IMG/VR virus record: IMGVR_UViG_3300006310_000773 | Origin: a virus | DNA: 64,000 bases | Reading direction: 5' to 3' (one strand) | Shown: one piece after another, positions 38,872 through 48,859 of the stretch | Layout: each line of letters opens with the position of its first letter | Numbering within the stretch: the stretch's first letter is position 1 | Made by a program: the position numbers and the translations under genes | The notes under the pieces: model-generated | Seen by the model: only the letters and a program-made list of their open reading frames with translations | Databases searched by the model: none | What the model was told of the DNA's origin: nothing

Positions 38872-39277
38872 CTTCACTCCTTCGCTTATTTCCAATATTA
38901 TATTTTGGCATCAATGACCATTGATCCTTTTCCTTATAAGAAATTATTCTTAATTGATTCAATGATACTTTATCATCTTTTATTTTATCTACATCAACAA
39001 TTTCTAATAATTCCCATTCTTCTAATAAACAAGCGATAGTATTTCTTCTCGCTTTATCATTTTCGGAAAAATTCGAAGGTTTACCATCTAAAGAAAATAA
39101 TTCCTTAAAATGGACAATGTAGTACTTTCCTTGTTTATGGAGGATGTGACAAGATTGATAGAGGATTTTCTCTTTTTTCGACGCTATACCTATTCTGGTT
39201 AACGTCTCTTTAACTTTTAAGAAATCGTCTGGATTCGCCAATTCAATCTCAATTAAATCCTCGACAGTATTAAACAT
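38843..39277 (-). CDS. regA: Translational repressor RegA
   Basis: DDFLKVKETLTRIGIAS..LYQSCHILHKQGKYYIVHFKELF. Confidence 0.97.
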   Translation of the reverse strand: MFNTVEDLIEIELANPDDFLKVKETLTRIGIASKKEKILYQSCHILHKQGKYYIVHFKELFSLDGKPSNFSENDKARRNTIACLLEEWELLEIVDVDKIKDDKVSLNQLRIISYKEKDQWSLMPKYNIGNKRRSEDGNTESEIL

Positions 39278-39311
39278 AATGACTCCCAATAGTATAGTAA
39301 TTATATGAAAT

Positions 39312-39319
39312 TATTTATA
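39312..39319 (-). promoter_or_regulatory. T4-type late promoter TATAAATA upstream of regA
   Basis: Exact consensus in intergenic gap. Confidence 0.5.
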
Positions 39320-39321
39320 AT

Positions 39322-39720
39322 TTACTTACTTTTGGTAGTTCCACCCTGTTCAAATGCTTGTTTTATTTCATTGTATTGATTATCAGATATTATATCAGAT
39401 GCGTCCTTTGCCTTCTGATTAGAATAATTAAAATATTGTTTTATTGTTTCTATTCTTTCTAATTTTTCTGATTTAGCCCATTTTGAAAATCTTTTCTTTT
39501 TTCTAATAGAATATAATAAATAATCATTCTGCATCCTTTTGCTCGATTCATGTCTAAGATTCATCTCATTTGCATAAAGAACAGTATCAACAAAATAACT
39601 TAATCCTCTATTGATAATAAAAGAATTATAATCCTTTTCAATGATATTCTTATCATCATCTTTAAAAAGATTCTTTTTTCCAAAATTTATATCATTTATA
39701 AATTCAAATGGATTCATCAT
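39322..39720 (-). CDS. gp62: Clamp loader small subunit
   Basis: NPFEFINDIN, FIINRGLSYFVDTVLYANEMN, RKKKRFSKW. Confidence 0.93.
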   Translation of the reverse strand: MMNPFEFINDINFGKKNLFKDDDKNIIEKDYNSFIINRGLSYFVDTVLYANEMNLRHESSKRMQNDYLLYSIRKKKRFSKWAKSEKLERIETIKQYFNYSNQKAKDASDIISDNQYNEIKQAFEQGGTTKSK

Positions 39721-41089
39721 TATCCTTATAACAATAATATTCAGTTTGTCCATCCCACTCTAATTCTATTGTAGGATGATTTCTTAAATATTGTCTATAT
39801 GGTGAAAATGTAATACCAACTCCCCACCCAATATGTTTCATAATTTCATTCTTACTTACTTTACCATGTCTATCAATAAATGTCAAGATTTTTTTAATTG
39901 CTTCACTCTTTTCTGTTACAGGAGTCAAACCAGTAGTCGCCTTATTAATCATATCATTATATGATTTGATTCTATTTGACCACGCCATCACATCTTTTGA
40001 ATAATTTAAAGTAGCTGTTGCAAACATATTTCTATCATCCAGATCATTTAAATAATGATTCATTAAACTAACCAAGTCATCTTTTGTTTTAAATTTTCCT
40101 GACATATTCAGTGGTGAATCTAATCCACCAAACAATTCTGCATTTTCTTCACTCTCTTCATACAGATATGGTAATCCTTGTGCCATTCCATCTTGAGCGG
40201 ATATAGCCCAGCGGTTTCCACATAAAATTCCAAGATAACTTTTATTTAATTTTGCTAAATAAGGTTCCTTTAATGATACCCCCTCTATGTCAAAATATTC
40301 CTCATCCTTTTTATCTGCTAAAGAACACCAGACAGTAAAATCTTGTCTCAATTTTCTTAACTCGCGAATCGCTTCTAGAAAAAATGGATAATTTCTATAA
40401 TTATTTAAACGATGATTAAATACAATTGTTTTATTTGGCTCTTTACATATATCTTTCGCAATATCTTCATCATTTACACCAATATAATGTGGTTTCATAA
40501 TAGAAGATAATTTCTTTATAGTTTCAGAATTAAACCACTGAGATGCTTCATTATTAATAATATTTCTTATTTGTGTTTGAGTATTTAATCCACACTCCAA
40601 CATCTCCAATGTTCCTTGTAAATTATATGACAAATACGTTCTAGCATATTTTGCGAACTCTTTAGTTTCAGTCCAGTGACAATATCCAATAATTGGGAGT
40701 CTTCCAAAATGGGTAGCATTAGATAAAAAATTTGATATATTAACAGTCCACTCTGGCAATTGTGAAAATACAAAATCAAAATCTTTATGTTTCCAATCAA
40801 CAATCTTCAACCACGCATTATGATCAAAGTATCCCCGCATTGAATTTGGATAAGTTGGTAATCTAAGATTGGTATATTGTACCACATTAGGAATATTCAA
40901 AAGACGAGAATATGCAGTAAGTGGAACATGCCAAATCAAATCATCTCTGATTTTATTAAGTTCTCTAACCAAATCTGAAAAAAACTTAACAAAAGAATCT
41001 TTATCAATATCTTTTTGGTATGTTATATTTGGTACAACTAAAACTTGATAACAGTCTCTTTTTATTTCAATGTCATCAAATAAACTCAT
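39704..41089 (-). CDS. GT-B glycosyltransferase inserted in clamp-loader operon
   Basis: TIVFNHR, WAISAQDGMAQGLP (GT4-like); C-terminal winged-helix-like tail. Confidence 0.65.
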   Translation of the reverse strand: MSLFDDIEIKRDCYQVLVVPNITYQKDIDKDSFVKFFSDLVRELNKIRDDLIWHVPLTAYSRLLNIPNVVQYTNLRLPTYPNSMRGYFDHNAWLKIVDWKHKDFDFVFSQLPEWTVNISNFLSNATHFGRLPIIGYCHWTETKEFAKYARTYLSYNLQGTLEMLECGLNTQTQIRNIINNEASQWFNSETIKKLSSIMKPHYIGVNDEDIAKDICKEPNKTIVFNHRLNNYRNYPFFLEAIRELRKLRQDFTVWCSLADKKDEEYFDIEGVSLKEPYLAKLNKSYLGILCGNRWAISAQDGMAQGLPYLYEESEENAELFGGLDSPLNMSGKFKTKDDLVSLMNHYLNDLDDRNMFATATLNYSKDVMAWSNRIKSYNDMINKATTGLTPVTEKSEAIKKILTFIDRHGKVSKNEIMKHIGWGVGITFSPYRQYLRNHPTIELEWDGQTEYYCYKDNDESI

Positions 41090-42249
41090 CTTATTATATC
41101 AATTTTATCAATATTATCTAATGTCCAAAATTCTAAATCTTTTCTCAACCTACCATCTGCCTTTATATTTTCCCATCTTTTCTGAGCCTTCTTTTTCCAC
41201 CAATTTACAATATTATCAAAATAAAAATTATCAAAATTTGGTTTTTTGATCAACTCACCAGTATTACCAAAAATATAATCTTTAGTATTTTCATACCCAT
41301 AATCAGAAATATAATATCTTTTTTGAGTAGTAATTGCCATTTTCTCTTTAACAATTTTCAAAAGATTATTATATTTTTCTGTATCATATTTTTTTAAATG
41401 TTCTTTAAGAATAGAAAGTATTTTTCCTTGTGTGCGGAACTTTCTACTTGTTGGAATCGCTTGATCATCTTGAACCAATGGCTTTCCATCATTCTTCTCT
41501 TCAAGAAATACTCTTGTTTTCTTATACACTTCATCAGAAAGATTTAAAAGTAATTTACTTTCTGTATTACCTTTATGTCTAATATAAGGTTTCAATCCAT
41601 CATACTGACTCATATTTTTAATTGAACCATATAATGATGTTGTTTCAAAAAACAATGCCTCCATTTCATCATATTTGTTATTTACAAATTCTCTCAATTC
41701 ATGACAAACACAAATTAATGCAATTAACTTTCCGCCAAGACAATTAAATCCAAATGGTTGTGATGGCACAATATTAAATCCATTAACAAAATGTTTATTA
41801 GCAATTTTTAGTGGGGTTTGTTTACATTGAAAATATACATTTCTCGGTTTTATATTAATAACTGGTGAACCTAATTTAATAAATCCTACAAATTTTCCAG
41901 TAGTTTTTTCTCTAATACCAAAACGAGAAGACCTGCCAGGGGAATTGTCAGCATTAAAACTCGCTGTCAATTCTAACAAAGTGGTGTAGTCTTTTGTTAA
42001 TAATTTCCCCTCGGCAGGTTTATCTGAAGTATGGACAATTTCAAATTCCATATCTTCAGGGGCAAGTTCCGGAGAATTAAAGAGATCATCCTCAGGACCA
42101 AGCCCAAATAGCGAAAGAGAGCTTGGTAGCCCTTCTAACCTCTTTCGCTTTTTATATCGATAATATGTTTCTATATCAGCAAATTCATCATAAAATCCAA
42201 TATAATCTTCGTAAATATTTAAAGTTTCTTCTTTATTTAAATTCAACAT
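41086..42249 (-). CDS. DUF4338 (Mom/DruA-related GNAT-like) protein
   Basis: GFIKLGSP, QPFGFNCLGGKLIAL, FETTSLYG. Confidence 0.65.
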   Translation of the reverse strand: MLNLNKEETLNIYEDYIGFYDEFADIETYYRYKKRKRLEGLPSSLSLFGLGPEDDLFNSPELAPEDMEFEIVHTSDKPAEGKLLTKDYTTLLELTASFNADNSPGRSSRFGIREKTTGKFVGFIKLGSPVINIKPRNVYFQCKQTPLKIANKHFVNGFNIVPSQPFGFNCLGGKLIALICVCHELREFVNNKYDEMEALFFETTSLYGSIKNMSQYDGLKPYIRHKGNTESKLLLNLSDEVYKKTRVFLEEKNDGKPLVQDDQAIPTSRKFRTQGKILSILKEHLKKYDTEKYNNLLKIVKEKMAITTQKRYYISDYGYENTKDYIFGNTGELIKKPNFDNFYFDNIVNWWKKKAQKRWENIKADGRLRKDLEFWTLDNIDKIDIIR

Positions 42250-43171
42250 CAGACATTACTTCCGTTAAACATGCTACCATATTTAATTCTTGGTCTGCGA
42301 CAAAAGCCGCCTTATATTGATAATCAGCAAGTGATAGTATAATTGAAGGTAATGAAGTTTCAACTGCTGTAAGACTCAATGCGTCATATAATTTTTTAAA
42401 AATCTTTGTAGAATCATTATCTAAATTTTCAGTAACCCACCTTCTCATATCATTAAACTTTTTCTGTTTCAACATTCCTAATAAATTATCTATTGACTGA
42501 TCAGAAATTGATGAAAGAATTCCAACATCAATTTTACCAGAAGAACCATACCGCTGAAGTTCATTCAAAACTCTGCGGAAATCTGGAAAAAATTTATTAA
42601 TTAATTCAGCAACAACCTTCTCTTCAAATTCAATATTTTCTTTTTGTAAAATAGAAACAATTCTTTTAAAAAAATCTGATGCAATGGTTGGAGAATCCTT
42701 TTTACTAATTTTATAATCAATAACCGCACATCTTGAATGTATTGGTTCAATAATTCTATTTTTAAAGTTGCAAGTAAAAATGAAAGAACAATTAGAAGAA
42801 AATCTTTCTATAAATCCTCTCATAGCAGGTTGAGTTGATGCGGGATTAAGATAATCCGCCTCATCAATTATAACAACTTTTCTTCCTCCCGTCATAGAAA
42901 CAGAAGAACAATATTGGTCTAATTTAGACCTTAAAAGATCAATTCCAGATTCTTCAGAACCATTAATAATAATATAATCAGATTCGGTTTCTCTACATAA
43001 TGCAATTGCGGAAGTTGTTTTACCAACTCCTGCTCCACCAGAAAGCAAAAGATTTGGCACATGATTATTATCCACAAATTCTTGTAAAGAAGTTTTAATG
43101 CCATTGGGGAGAATACAGTCTTGTATTTTCTGAGGACGGTATTTTTCTACCCAAAGAATATCTTTATTCAT
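42233..43171 (-). CDS. gp44: Clamp loader large subunit
   Basis: WVEKYRP, GAGVGKTT, IIDEADY, IHSRC. Confidence 0.97.
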   Translation of the reverse strand: MNKDILWVEKYRPQKIQDCILPNGIKTSLQEFVDNNHVPNLLLSGGAGVGKTTSAIALCRETESDYIIINGSEESGIDLLRSKLDQYCSSVSMTGGRKVVIIDEADYLNPASTQPAMRGFIERFSSNCSFIFTCNFKNRIIEPIHSRCAVIDYKISKKDSPTIASDFFKRIVSILQKENIEFEEKVVAELINKFFPDFRRVLNELQRYGSSGKIDVGILSSISDQSIDNLLGMLKQKKFNDMRRWVTENLDNDSTKIFKKLYDALSLTAVETSLPSIILSLADYQYKAAFVADQELNMVACLTEVMSDVEFK

Positions 43172-43362
43172 TTACCAACTTTTGTTTCAGTAATTTCTAT
43201 AAATTCTAACGTTTTATTTTCTTTCACAATTTCAGCTTCAGCAGTAGCTTCTTTTTTTGTTTTAAATACTCTAGTTAACGTCATTTTTGTTCCAACTCTT
43301 CTAAAAACTATATTAAAAAGTTTGGTTTGTTTTTGTGTCTTTTTCTTTTTCTTTGCAGCCAC
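43168..43362 (-). CDS. Small basic hypothetical protein
   Basis: GTG start with GGAGG SD. Confidence 0.55.
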   Translation of the reverse strand: MAAKKKKKTQKQTKLFNIVFRRVGTKMTLTRVFKTKKEATAEAEIVKENKTLEFIEITETKVGK

Positions 43363-43370
43363 GATGCCTC

Positions 43371-44033
43371 CTAATTAAATTTTGAAGAAGATTCAGTAGC
43401 AATCCAATACTGAATATTTACTCCCTTTGCTTTAAAATGTGCAATACCTCTTGAAGAGATTTGAACATCATAATCATCTCTCATTAATTTTATGTTTTCA
43501 TGTTTGAAAACAACTTGAAAAGTTTTATCTGTCGTACCAACTTCAATTCCCAACTCATCCGTTGAAGAATTGTTAACATCCATTACAGTAAGTTCCATTT
43601 TAGAACCATTTCCAATCACACCAACTTCAGGAAGATGTAAAACTGCAGACGCTCTCATAAGAGAATCTAAATCAACTTGAGTTAAGGTAAATTTGATTTC
43701 AGCTTCCGGAAATTCAATCTGTTTTTCAGGTGGGGCTACAAACATTGATGGATCAGCATATACGTACTTCACTCTCTTGTTACCCTCAATTATTTTAACA
43801 TGATCAGAATTAAAATCAAAAGTCGCTTTATTGAACATTGCTAAAGTTCCAAGAAACTTATTCAATTCATAAACAGCGAAATCTTTAGGAAATTCTTCAG
43901 TAACTTCTGCTTGTGCGAGAATATTTTTTTGAGGGGAGACTGTTTTGAGAATTTTTCCTTGTTTAAATGCAAGAGATTGATTAATCTCAGAAAAATTCTT
44001 TAATATATTTTGTGTTTCGGTAGATAATTCCAT
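43371..44033 (-). CDS. gp45: Sliding clamp
   Basis: LKNFSEINQSL, FAVYELNKFL, YWIATE. Confidence 0.95.
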   Translation of the reverse strand: MELSTETQNILKNFSEINQSLAFKQGKILKTVSPQKNILAQAEVTEEFPKDFAVYELNKFLGTLAMFNKATFDFNSDHVKIIEGNKRVKYVYADPSMFVAPPEKQIEFPEAEIKFTLTQVDLDSLMRASAVLHLPEVGVIGNGSKMELTVMDVNNSSTDELGIEVGTTDKTFQVVFKHENIKLMRDDYDVQISSRGIAHFKAKGVNIQYWIATESSSKFN

Positions 44034-44069
44034 AATATTTCATCCTATTAAATTATTGTTTAAACTTAT

Positions 44070-44098
44070 ATTCTATCATTAGATTTCTAATATGTCAA
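44070..44098 (-). promoter_or_regulatory. Sigma70-type promoter upstream of gp45
   Basis: TTGACA-17-TAGAAT. Confidence 0.75.
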
Positions 44099-44106
44099 GT
44101 TATAAT

Positions 44107-45060
44107 TTATTTTATTCTCCTTTTGGGAGATTTTTTTCTATTTTTATTTGACAGTTTACCAAGTTTCTCTTTTCTTTCTTCATGAAATGGTCTGGTTTCT
44201 AAATCCATTCCATGAGACGCATATTGTAATTTTCCAAGATCTTTCATTGTACCATGAAAAACATAATGTCCAACATGCTGTATTTCCATCCAAGGGCATA
44301 ACCAAGTTGATATACCAATCTTTCTAACCATTTGACAAAACATATAATCTTCTGAAAGATAGCGATCTGTTTTATTTGAACTACCTCCAGGCATCCATTG
44401 ATCATTATCTATGATAGTATCAAAATATGCATGAATATATCTATCTCCTGAAAAATGTTCTGTTCTATTATGATCTGGTTTATAACTAAGTTCTGGATAA
44501 GCCTTTCTATATTTTTCAAATACAGAACGATGTATCATCATAAATCCTGTTCCAACTTCCAAAACTTCTAATGGTTCATCTAATTTTATCTTTCCATCTT
44601 TGGTAGTTCCTGCAGGATTAAATACGAAATCTCCTGTATATTTTTCTAAGTCCATTGGGGTCGCATCACCCAAACCTCTATCAACTGCGTTACGAACTTT
44701 CTCCCAAGCAATTGTTTTTTTAGGATATGGCCCGCCAACAATTGATTTTTCTTTTCCATCACATAAAACTGCAAGAGAAATTAAATCTTCAGGATTAAAA
44801 GCGATATCAGAATCAATAAACATTAAATGTGTATATTGTTCAGCTCTCAAAAATTCATCAACTAGATAATTTCTTGCTCTGGTAACTAAAGATTCATTAA
44901 ACAAATAAAAAAACTTTAAATCCATACCATATTTTGTAGCAAGCGTAACAGTATCTATAGCAGATCTTGTGTACATTCCTGAACACATTCCACCATACAT
45001 AGGAGTTGCTACAAAGACGCGCTTTTTTCTTAACTCTTCAACTTGTATTTTTATTTCCAT
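44107..45060 (-). CDS. GT-A-like conserved phage protein
   Basis: VATPMYGG, NESLVTRARN, HLMFIDSDI, GTGFMMI, YLSEDYMFC. Confidence 0.7.
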   Translation of the reverse strand: MEIKIQVEELRKKRVFVATPMYGGMCSGMYTRSAIDTVTLATKYGMDLKFFYLFNESLVTRARNYLVDEFLRAEQYTHLMFIDSDIAFNPEDLISLAVLCDGKEKSIVGGPYPKKTIAWEKVRNAVDRGLGDATPMDLEKYTGDFVFNPAGTTKDGKIKLDEPLEVLEVGTGFMMIHRSVFEKYRKAYPELSYKPDHNRTEHFSGDRYIHAYFDTIIDNDQWMPGGSSNKTDRYLSEDYMFCQMVRKIGISTWLCPWMEIQHVGHYVFHGTMKDLGKLQYASHGMDLETRPFHEERKEKLGKLSNKNRKKSPKRRIK

Positions 45061-45082
45061 AGGCCACTTTCACTTGAGCATT

Positions 45083-45114
45083 AAAAAGAGTGACAATTTA
45101 ACTTATCACTCTTT
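45083..45114 (-). terminator. Intrinsic terminator after AAA gene
   Basis: AAAGAGTGA/TCACTCTTT inverted repeat ending in a short U run. Confidence 0.55.
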
Positions 45115-45119
45115 ATTTA

Positions 45120-46307
45120 TTACCATGCTTTCAGATTATCATCTTCTGCTGAAATATTATCATGGTCAGATTCAGAAAGATCTCTTTCGGGTTCCGCTGA
45201 TACATCAGCATCGACTTTAGTATAAAGATCTCTAAATGATATTTTTGTTTCATCATCAAATCTATTAATACAAAGATCAATAGACTGTAACCGGTCACCA
45301 AAAATCGAATACGCTTGACAAATATGTGCCAGACGTCGTGTTGCGATAATTTCATCACATCCACCATCATAAAAGGTCTTACGAATAATATCAGACCAAT
45401 TTACAAGTTTGTTCGCAAAATCTTGATCAGGACATCCAAGTGAACTCAAAAGTTTATTGACAATATTTTTCTCAATAGCGATTGAAGGATATTCCTGTTC
45501 AACTGTGATTGGAAAACGCTCAAGAAACGCCTCATTCATAATGTTGGTTCCAATGAATCTTCCATCTTCACTTCCCTTACCTTTAGTATTGGCAGTTGCT
45601 ACAACAGTAAATCCGTGTGAAGGTTTTACCCAGCGATTTACTTTTTTCAAATAAACGCCTTTACCCTCAAGTACAGGTTGAATACATGCAATCTTCATAG
45701 TCGCATAATCAATCTCATCCAAAAGTAATACCGCACCACGTTCCATTGCTTTTACTACAGGACCATCTTCCCAAACAGTTTCACCATTCACTAAAGTATA
45801 ATGCCCAAGTAAATCATCTTCATCAGTTTCAGAAGTGATATTAATTCTGAAAAGTTCTCTTTTCAATTCTGCTGAAACTTGCTCAACCATTAAGGTTTTA
45901 CCATTTCCAGAAAGTCCTTGAACCCAAACCGGATAAAATTTTCCAGATTTGACAATTCTCGCAAGTTGCTTATAAAATCCAAATTTTACATAATTTGGAT
46001 CTTTTTCAGGAACATAAATTGGAGTGTTATCAATCACAACTTTTTTCTCAACATTAACTGGTACAGGTTCCAATGTTACCTCGGGGGTTATTGGAACAAC
46101 TTGAGCCAAACTCGGCCCATCAAAATTTGGAACCTGAAACTGGTTCCTAGCAACTCGATAGTTTGGATTTACAAACCATGTTGCTGTTTTTCGACCCATC
46201 TCTTTTGAAAGTTCAAGAGCCTCAACTTTGGAAAGTACATTCCTTCCATATTTTTCTTGAGCCTTCTTAAAAAATTCTATTTGGTGGTCTTTATATGTAT
46301 TCATCAT
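45120..46307 (-). CDS. cobS: CobS/MoxR-like AAA+ ATPase
   Basis: GLSGNGKT, LLLDEID, ATANTKGKG, NEAFLERF. Confidence 0.9.
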   Translation of the reverse strand: MMNTYKDHQIEFFKKAQEKYGRNVLSKVEALELSKEMGRKTATWFVNPNYRVARNQFQVPNFDGPSLAQVVPITPEVTLEPVPVNVEKKVVIDNTPIYVPEKDPNYVKFGFYKQLARIVKSGKFYPVWVQGLSGNGKTLMVEQVSAELKRELFRINITSETDEDDLLGHYTLVNGETVWEDGPVVKAMERGAVLLLDEIDYATMKIACIQPVLEGKGVYLKKVNRWVKPSHGFTVVATANTKGKGSEDGRFIGTNIMNEAFLERFPITVEQEYPSIAIEKNIVNKLLSSLGCPDQDFANKLVNWSDIIRKTFYDGGCDEIIATRRLAHICQAYSIFGDRLQSIDLCINRFDDETKISFRDLYTKVDADVSAEPERDLSESDHDNISAEDDNLKAW

Positions 46308-46355
46308 ATCCTCATTATATATTGGTTAACTTTCTCTACTCAATCTCAATTACAC

Positions 46356-46395
46356 TTATATTATACCAGGTTTCAGGCACAATGTCAAGTTTTTT
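46356..46395 (-). promoter_or_regulatory. Sigma70 early promoter, copy 1 of 40-bp repeat
   Basis: TTGACA-TTGTGCCTGAAACCTGG-TATAAT. Confidence 0.85.
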
Positions 46396-48763
46396 ATGCC
46401 GCAATCATATCAATCATTTTATTTAAAATGACTCGATTGGTCAGCTTCCCACCAACCATCTTCTTAAACGCAGTTCTAATTTGTCCTTTAGAAGATTCTG
46501 CGGTTAAATTATCCAGATTTGCATCTTCAACATCTGACATCTTATTAGTATTGATGTAATATCTTTCATCATATCCTGAATCATTTTTCATCGCGATACT
46601 TCCATTCTTTTTCCATTCTTTTTCCATGTTCTGCATCGCATCCCATTCAAATTGATATCTTCCACGCTGCTTAAACCACTTACGGTCTGCCAAAAAGAAT
46701 CCAATTACATTAACTCCAGTTGCTTCTCGAAGAAGATTCAAATAATCAGAAGTTCTTCCTGAACCAATATCTACTTGTTTTCCATTCGCACATTTTATAA
46801 AAACTCTTGCTCCACTACCATAATGCTTTTCCTTTGGTTTTAATGGATAAAAATTCACAGACACGAGGGACATATCTTTTTCTTCTCGAATAAGACGACT
46901 ATTACATCTACGAGATTCTCCATCAGTCAAATATACAGTATTGACAATCTCCGCTCCCGTACGCTTTTTAAATTCTGGAACAATTGTTAATGAAGTCAAA
47001 ATTGCTTCGTCTAATGGTGTTCCTCCAAGATGATAACCTTCAGGAGTTTGCAACCACTTTTTTTCTCTTGAATATGAATAACGATATACAATCGAATGAC
47101 CGAGACCAAGAAAATATTTTGCACCTTTTTGAAATTCTCTCTTATTCATTCGACTTGAAAGAAGATTTAAAAGTCTAAAATTTCCAATAGATTGTACATT
47201 TTCTCCAGCATTACGAATTTTATCTTCCCATCTTTCATCTTTTAAATTTTTATTAAAAGCCATAGAAGAACTATCAGTAAATGCATAAACTTCAAAAGAA
47301 ATCTGAACCTTTTCACAAAATGCCGCAAGAACTAAACATTGTTCAACAGTTTCAAAAATGTTCTGATGCATAGAACCAGACCAATCAATGAAAAGAAGTA
47401 GTCCATGACTTTTTCCATCAGGAACTACTGTCATCTTCTTAAAAATATCTTCACTATAGCGATACTTAAACAAAGTTCCAGAATCAATAACTCCCGTCTT
47501 CGCTGTAAGAGAGCGGGAATGCTGAGTTGCCGCTTTCTTCATTTCAAATTCTTTTGCCAAATAATTAATAACTTTCTGATGTTTTTTTCTAAATTCAGAC
47601 CAAAGGTCATTAAAAATATCAAAAGTAGGGCCGGAAGTTACTCCCCAACCAAGTCCGGCTTTCGAACCACCACTTCTTTCATACTCATCATATTCTTCTC
47701 CATATCCCCAAGAACCGCCACTCTTCGCAGTTACTTCTTCGATGTCTTTAAAAACTCTTTTGTAATCAACAACAAAATGATCTAAATTAGCTTTTGCTGC
47801 TTCCAAATAAAGATAAGATGTTTTTTCATTGTCTTCAGTATTTTCTAACAAATCATCTTGACGCTTCTGCCATTCATTATCAGTAAAAGAAGAAGGTTCA
47901 AATTCATCTCCAGGATGACCAGTTCCACCTTCTAATCCAGAAGACATTTTAGTTTCTTTTGATTTTTCTTTTTCTTCTTCTGATTCAGAATCGGAATCAC
48001 TTGATCCATTTTCTTCTTTTTCTTCATCTTCTTTTTCAGAATTTTCACAATTATCTACAGGAGAATCACAATCTGATTCTTCACTATTTGATTCATCATT
48101 TTCTTCTCCGCCATCATCTTCGGGTGGAGTCATTAATGGTTCTTCATTAGATTCCATTTCTTCTGACATTTGACTATATTCTTGATGCTTATCAGTTTCA
48201 GATTCATTGGATTTCGCATAATTCCAAAGAGCCTCAACAGCTTCCAAAACTTCTTCAAATGTTTCGGTTTCTTCTACCATTCTAACATATTCACGTTCTT
48301 CTTCTGAAAATTGTATATTCAATGCGGAACCAAGTTTGGTATGAAGATTAATTTTATCAATCAAAGGCAATGTATCAATATCATACCCATGAATACCAAA
48401 AAAATTTTCTTGAAGGAGTTTCCCATATCCTTGAATCATTTGTTTTCCTGCTCCAGGAAATTTTCTCTTAATCTTCTTTTCAATACGGGCATCTTCTACA
48501 ATATTGATAAAAGACCTATATCCCTTACCTCTATCACAAGGAGCTTGGTGCCATCCATCTTCAGGGGTATATCTCGCATGACCAACTTCATGTGAACACA
48601 TCAAGTCATATACAGGACCATCCATCCATTTATATACTGGAAGAAGAAGAGTTCTATTTTTCAGATCAAACATGGCGGTTTGATAATTACCATGTTGAAC
48701 ATCTAAGTTCTCTTCTGCCATCAATTTGGCAACCATTGATTTTGTTTCTCTTAAATCTGACAT
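46394..48763 (-). CDS. CobT-like metallopeptidase-vWA protein (AAA partner)
   Basis: HEVGH, NIVEDARIE, acidic linker, DWSGS MIDAS, GTPL, LTDGE. Confidence 0.85.
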   Translation of the reverse strand: MSDLRETKSMVAKLMAEENLDVQHGNYQTAMFDLKNRTLLLPVYKWMDGPVYDLMCSHEVGHARYTPEDGWHQAPCDRGKGYRSFINIVEDARIEKKIKRKFPGAGKQMIQGYGKLLQENFFGIHGYDIDTLPLIDKINLHTKLGSALNIQFSEEEREYVRMVEETETFEEVLEAVEALWNYAKSNESETDKHQEYSQMSEEMESNEEPLMTPPEDDGGEENDESNSEESDCDSPVDNCENSEKEDEEKEENGSSDSDSESEEEKEKSKETKMSSGLEGGTGHPGDEFEPSSFTDNEWQKRQDDLLENTEDNEKTSYLYLEAAKANLDHFVVDYKRVFKDIEEVTAKSGGSWGYGEEYDEYERSGGSKAGLGWGVTSGPTFDIFNDLWSEFRKKHQKVINYLAKEFEMKKAATQHSRSLTAKTGVIDSGTLFKYRYSEDIFKKMTVVPDGKSHGLLLFIDWSGSMHQNIFETVEQCLVLAAFCEKVQISFEVYAFTDSSSMAFNKNLKDERWEDKIRNAGENVQSIGNFRLLNLLSSRMNKREFQKGAKYFLGLGHSIVYRYSYSREKKWLQTPEGYHLGGTPLDEAILTSLTIVPEFKKRTGAEIVNTVYLTDGESRRCNSRLIREEKDMSLVSVNFYPLKPKEKHYGSGARVFIKCANGKQVDIGSGRTSDYLNLLREATGVNVIGFFLADRKWFKQRGRYQFEWDAMQNMEKEWKKNGSIAMKNDSGYDERYYINTNKMSDVEDANLDNLTAESSKGQIRTAFKKMVGGKLTNRVILNKMIDMIAA

Positions 48764-48806
48764 AATTTATATCTTTTAGGGTTATCTCTCATTTCTCATT
48801 ATCTAG

Positions 48807-48846
48807 TTATATTATATCAGGTTTCAGGCACAATGTCAAGTTTTTT
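48807..48846 (-). promoter_or_regulatory. Sigma70 early promoter, copy 2 of 40-bp repeat
   Basis: TTGACA-TTGTGCCTGAAACCTGA-TATAAT; 39/40 identical to 46356..46395. Confidence 0.85.
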
Positions 48847-48859
48847 AATCGAATATTAT

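Noticed and set aside
45120-48763. cobS/cobT as cobalamin-synthesis auxiliary genes
   Set aside because: No cobN or other cobalamin genes present; architecture fits a generic MoxR AAA/vWA chaperone pair common in T4-like phages
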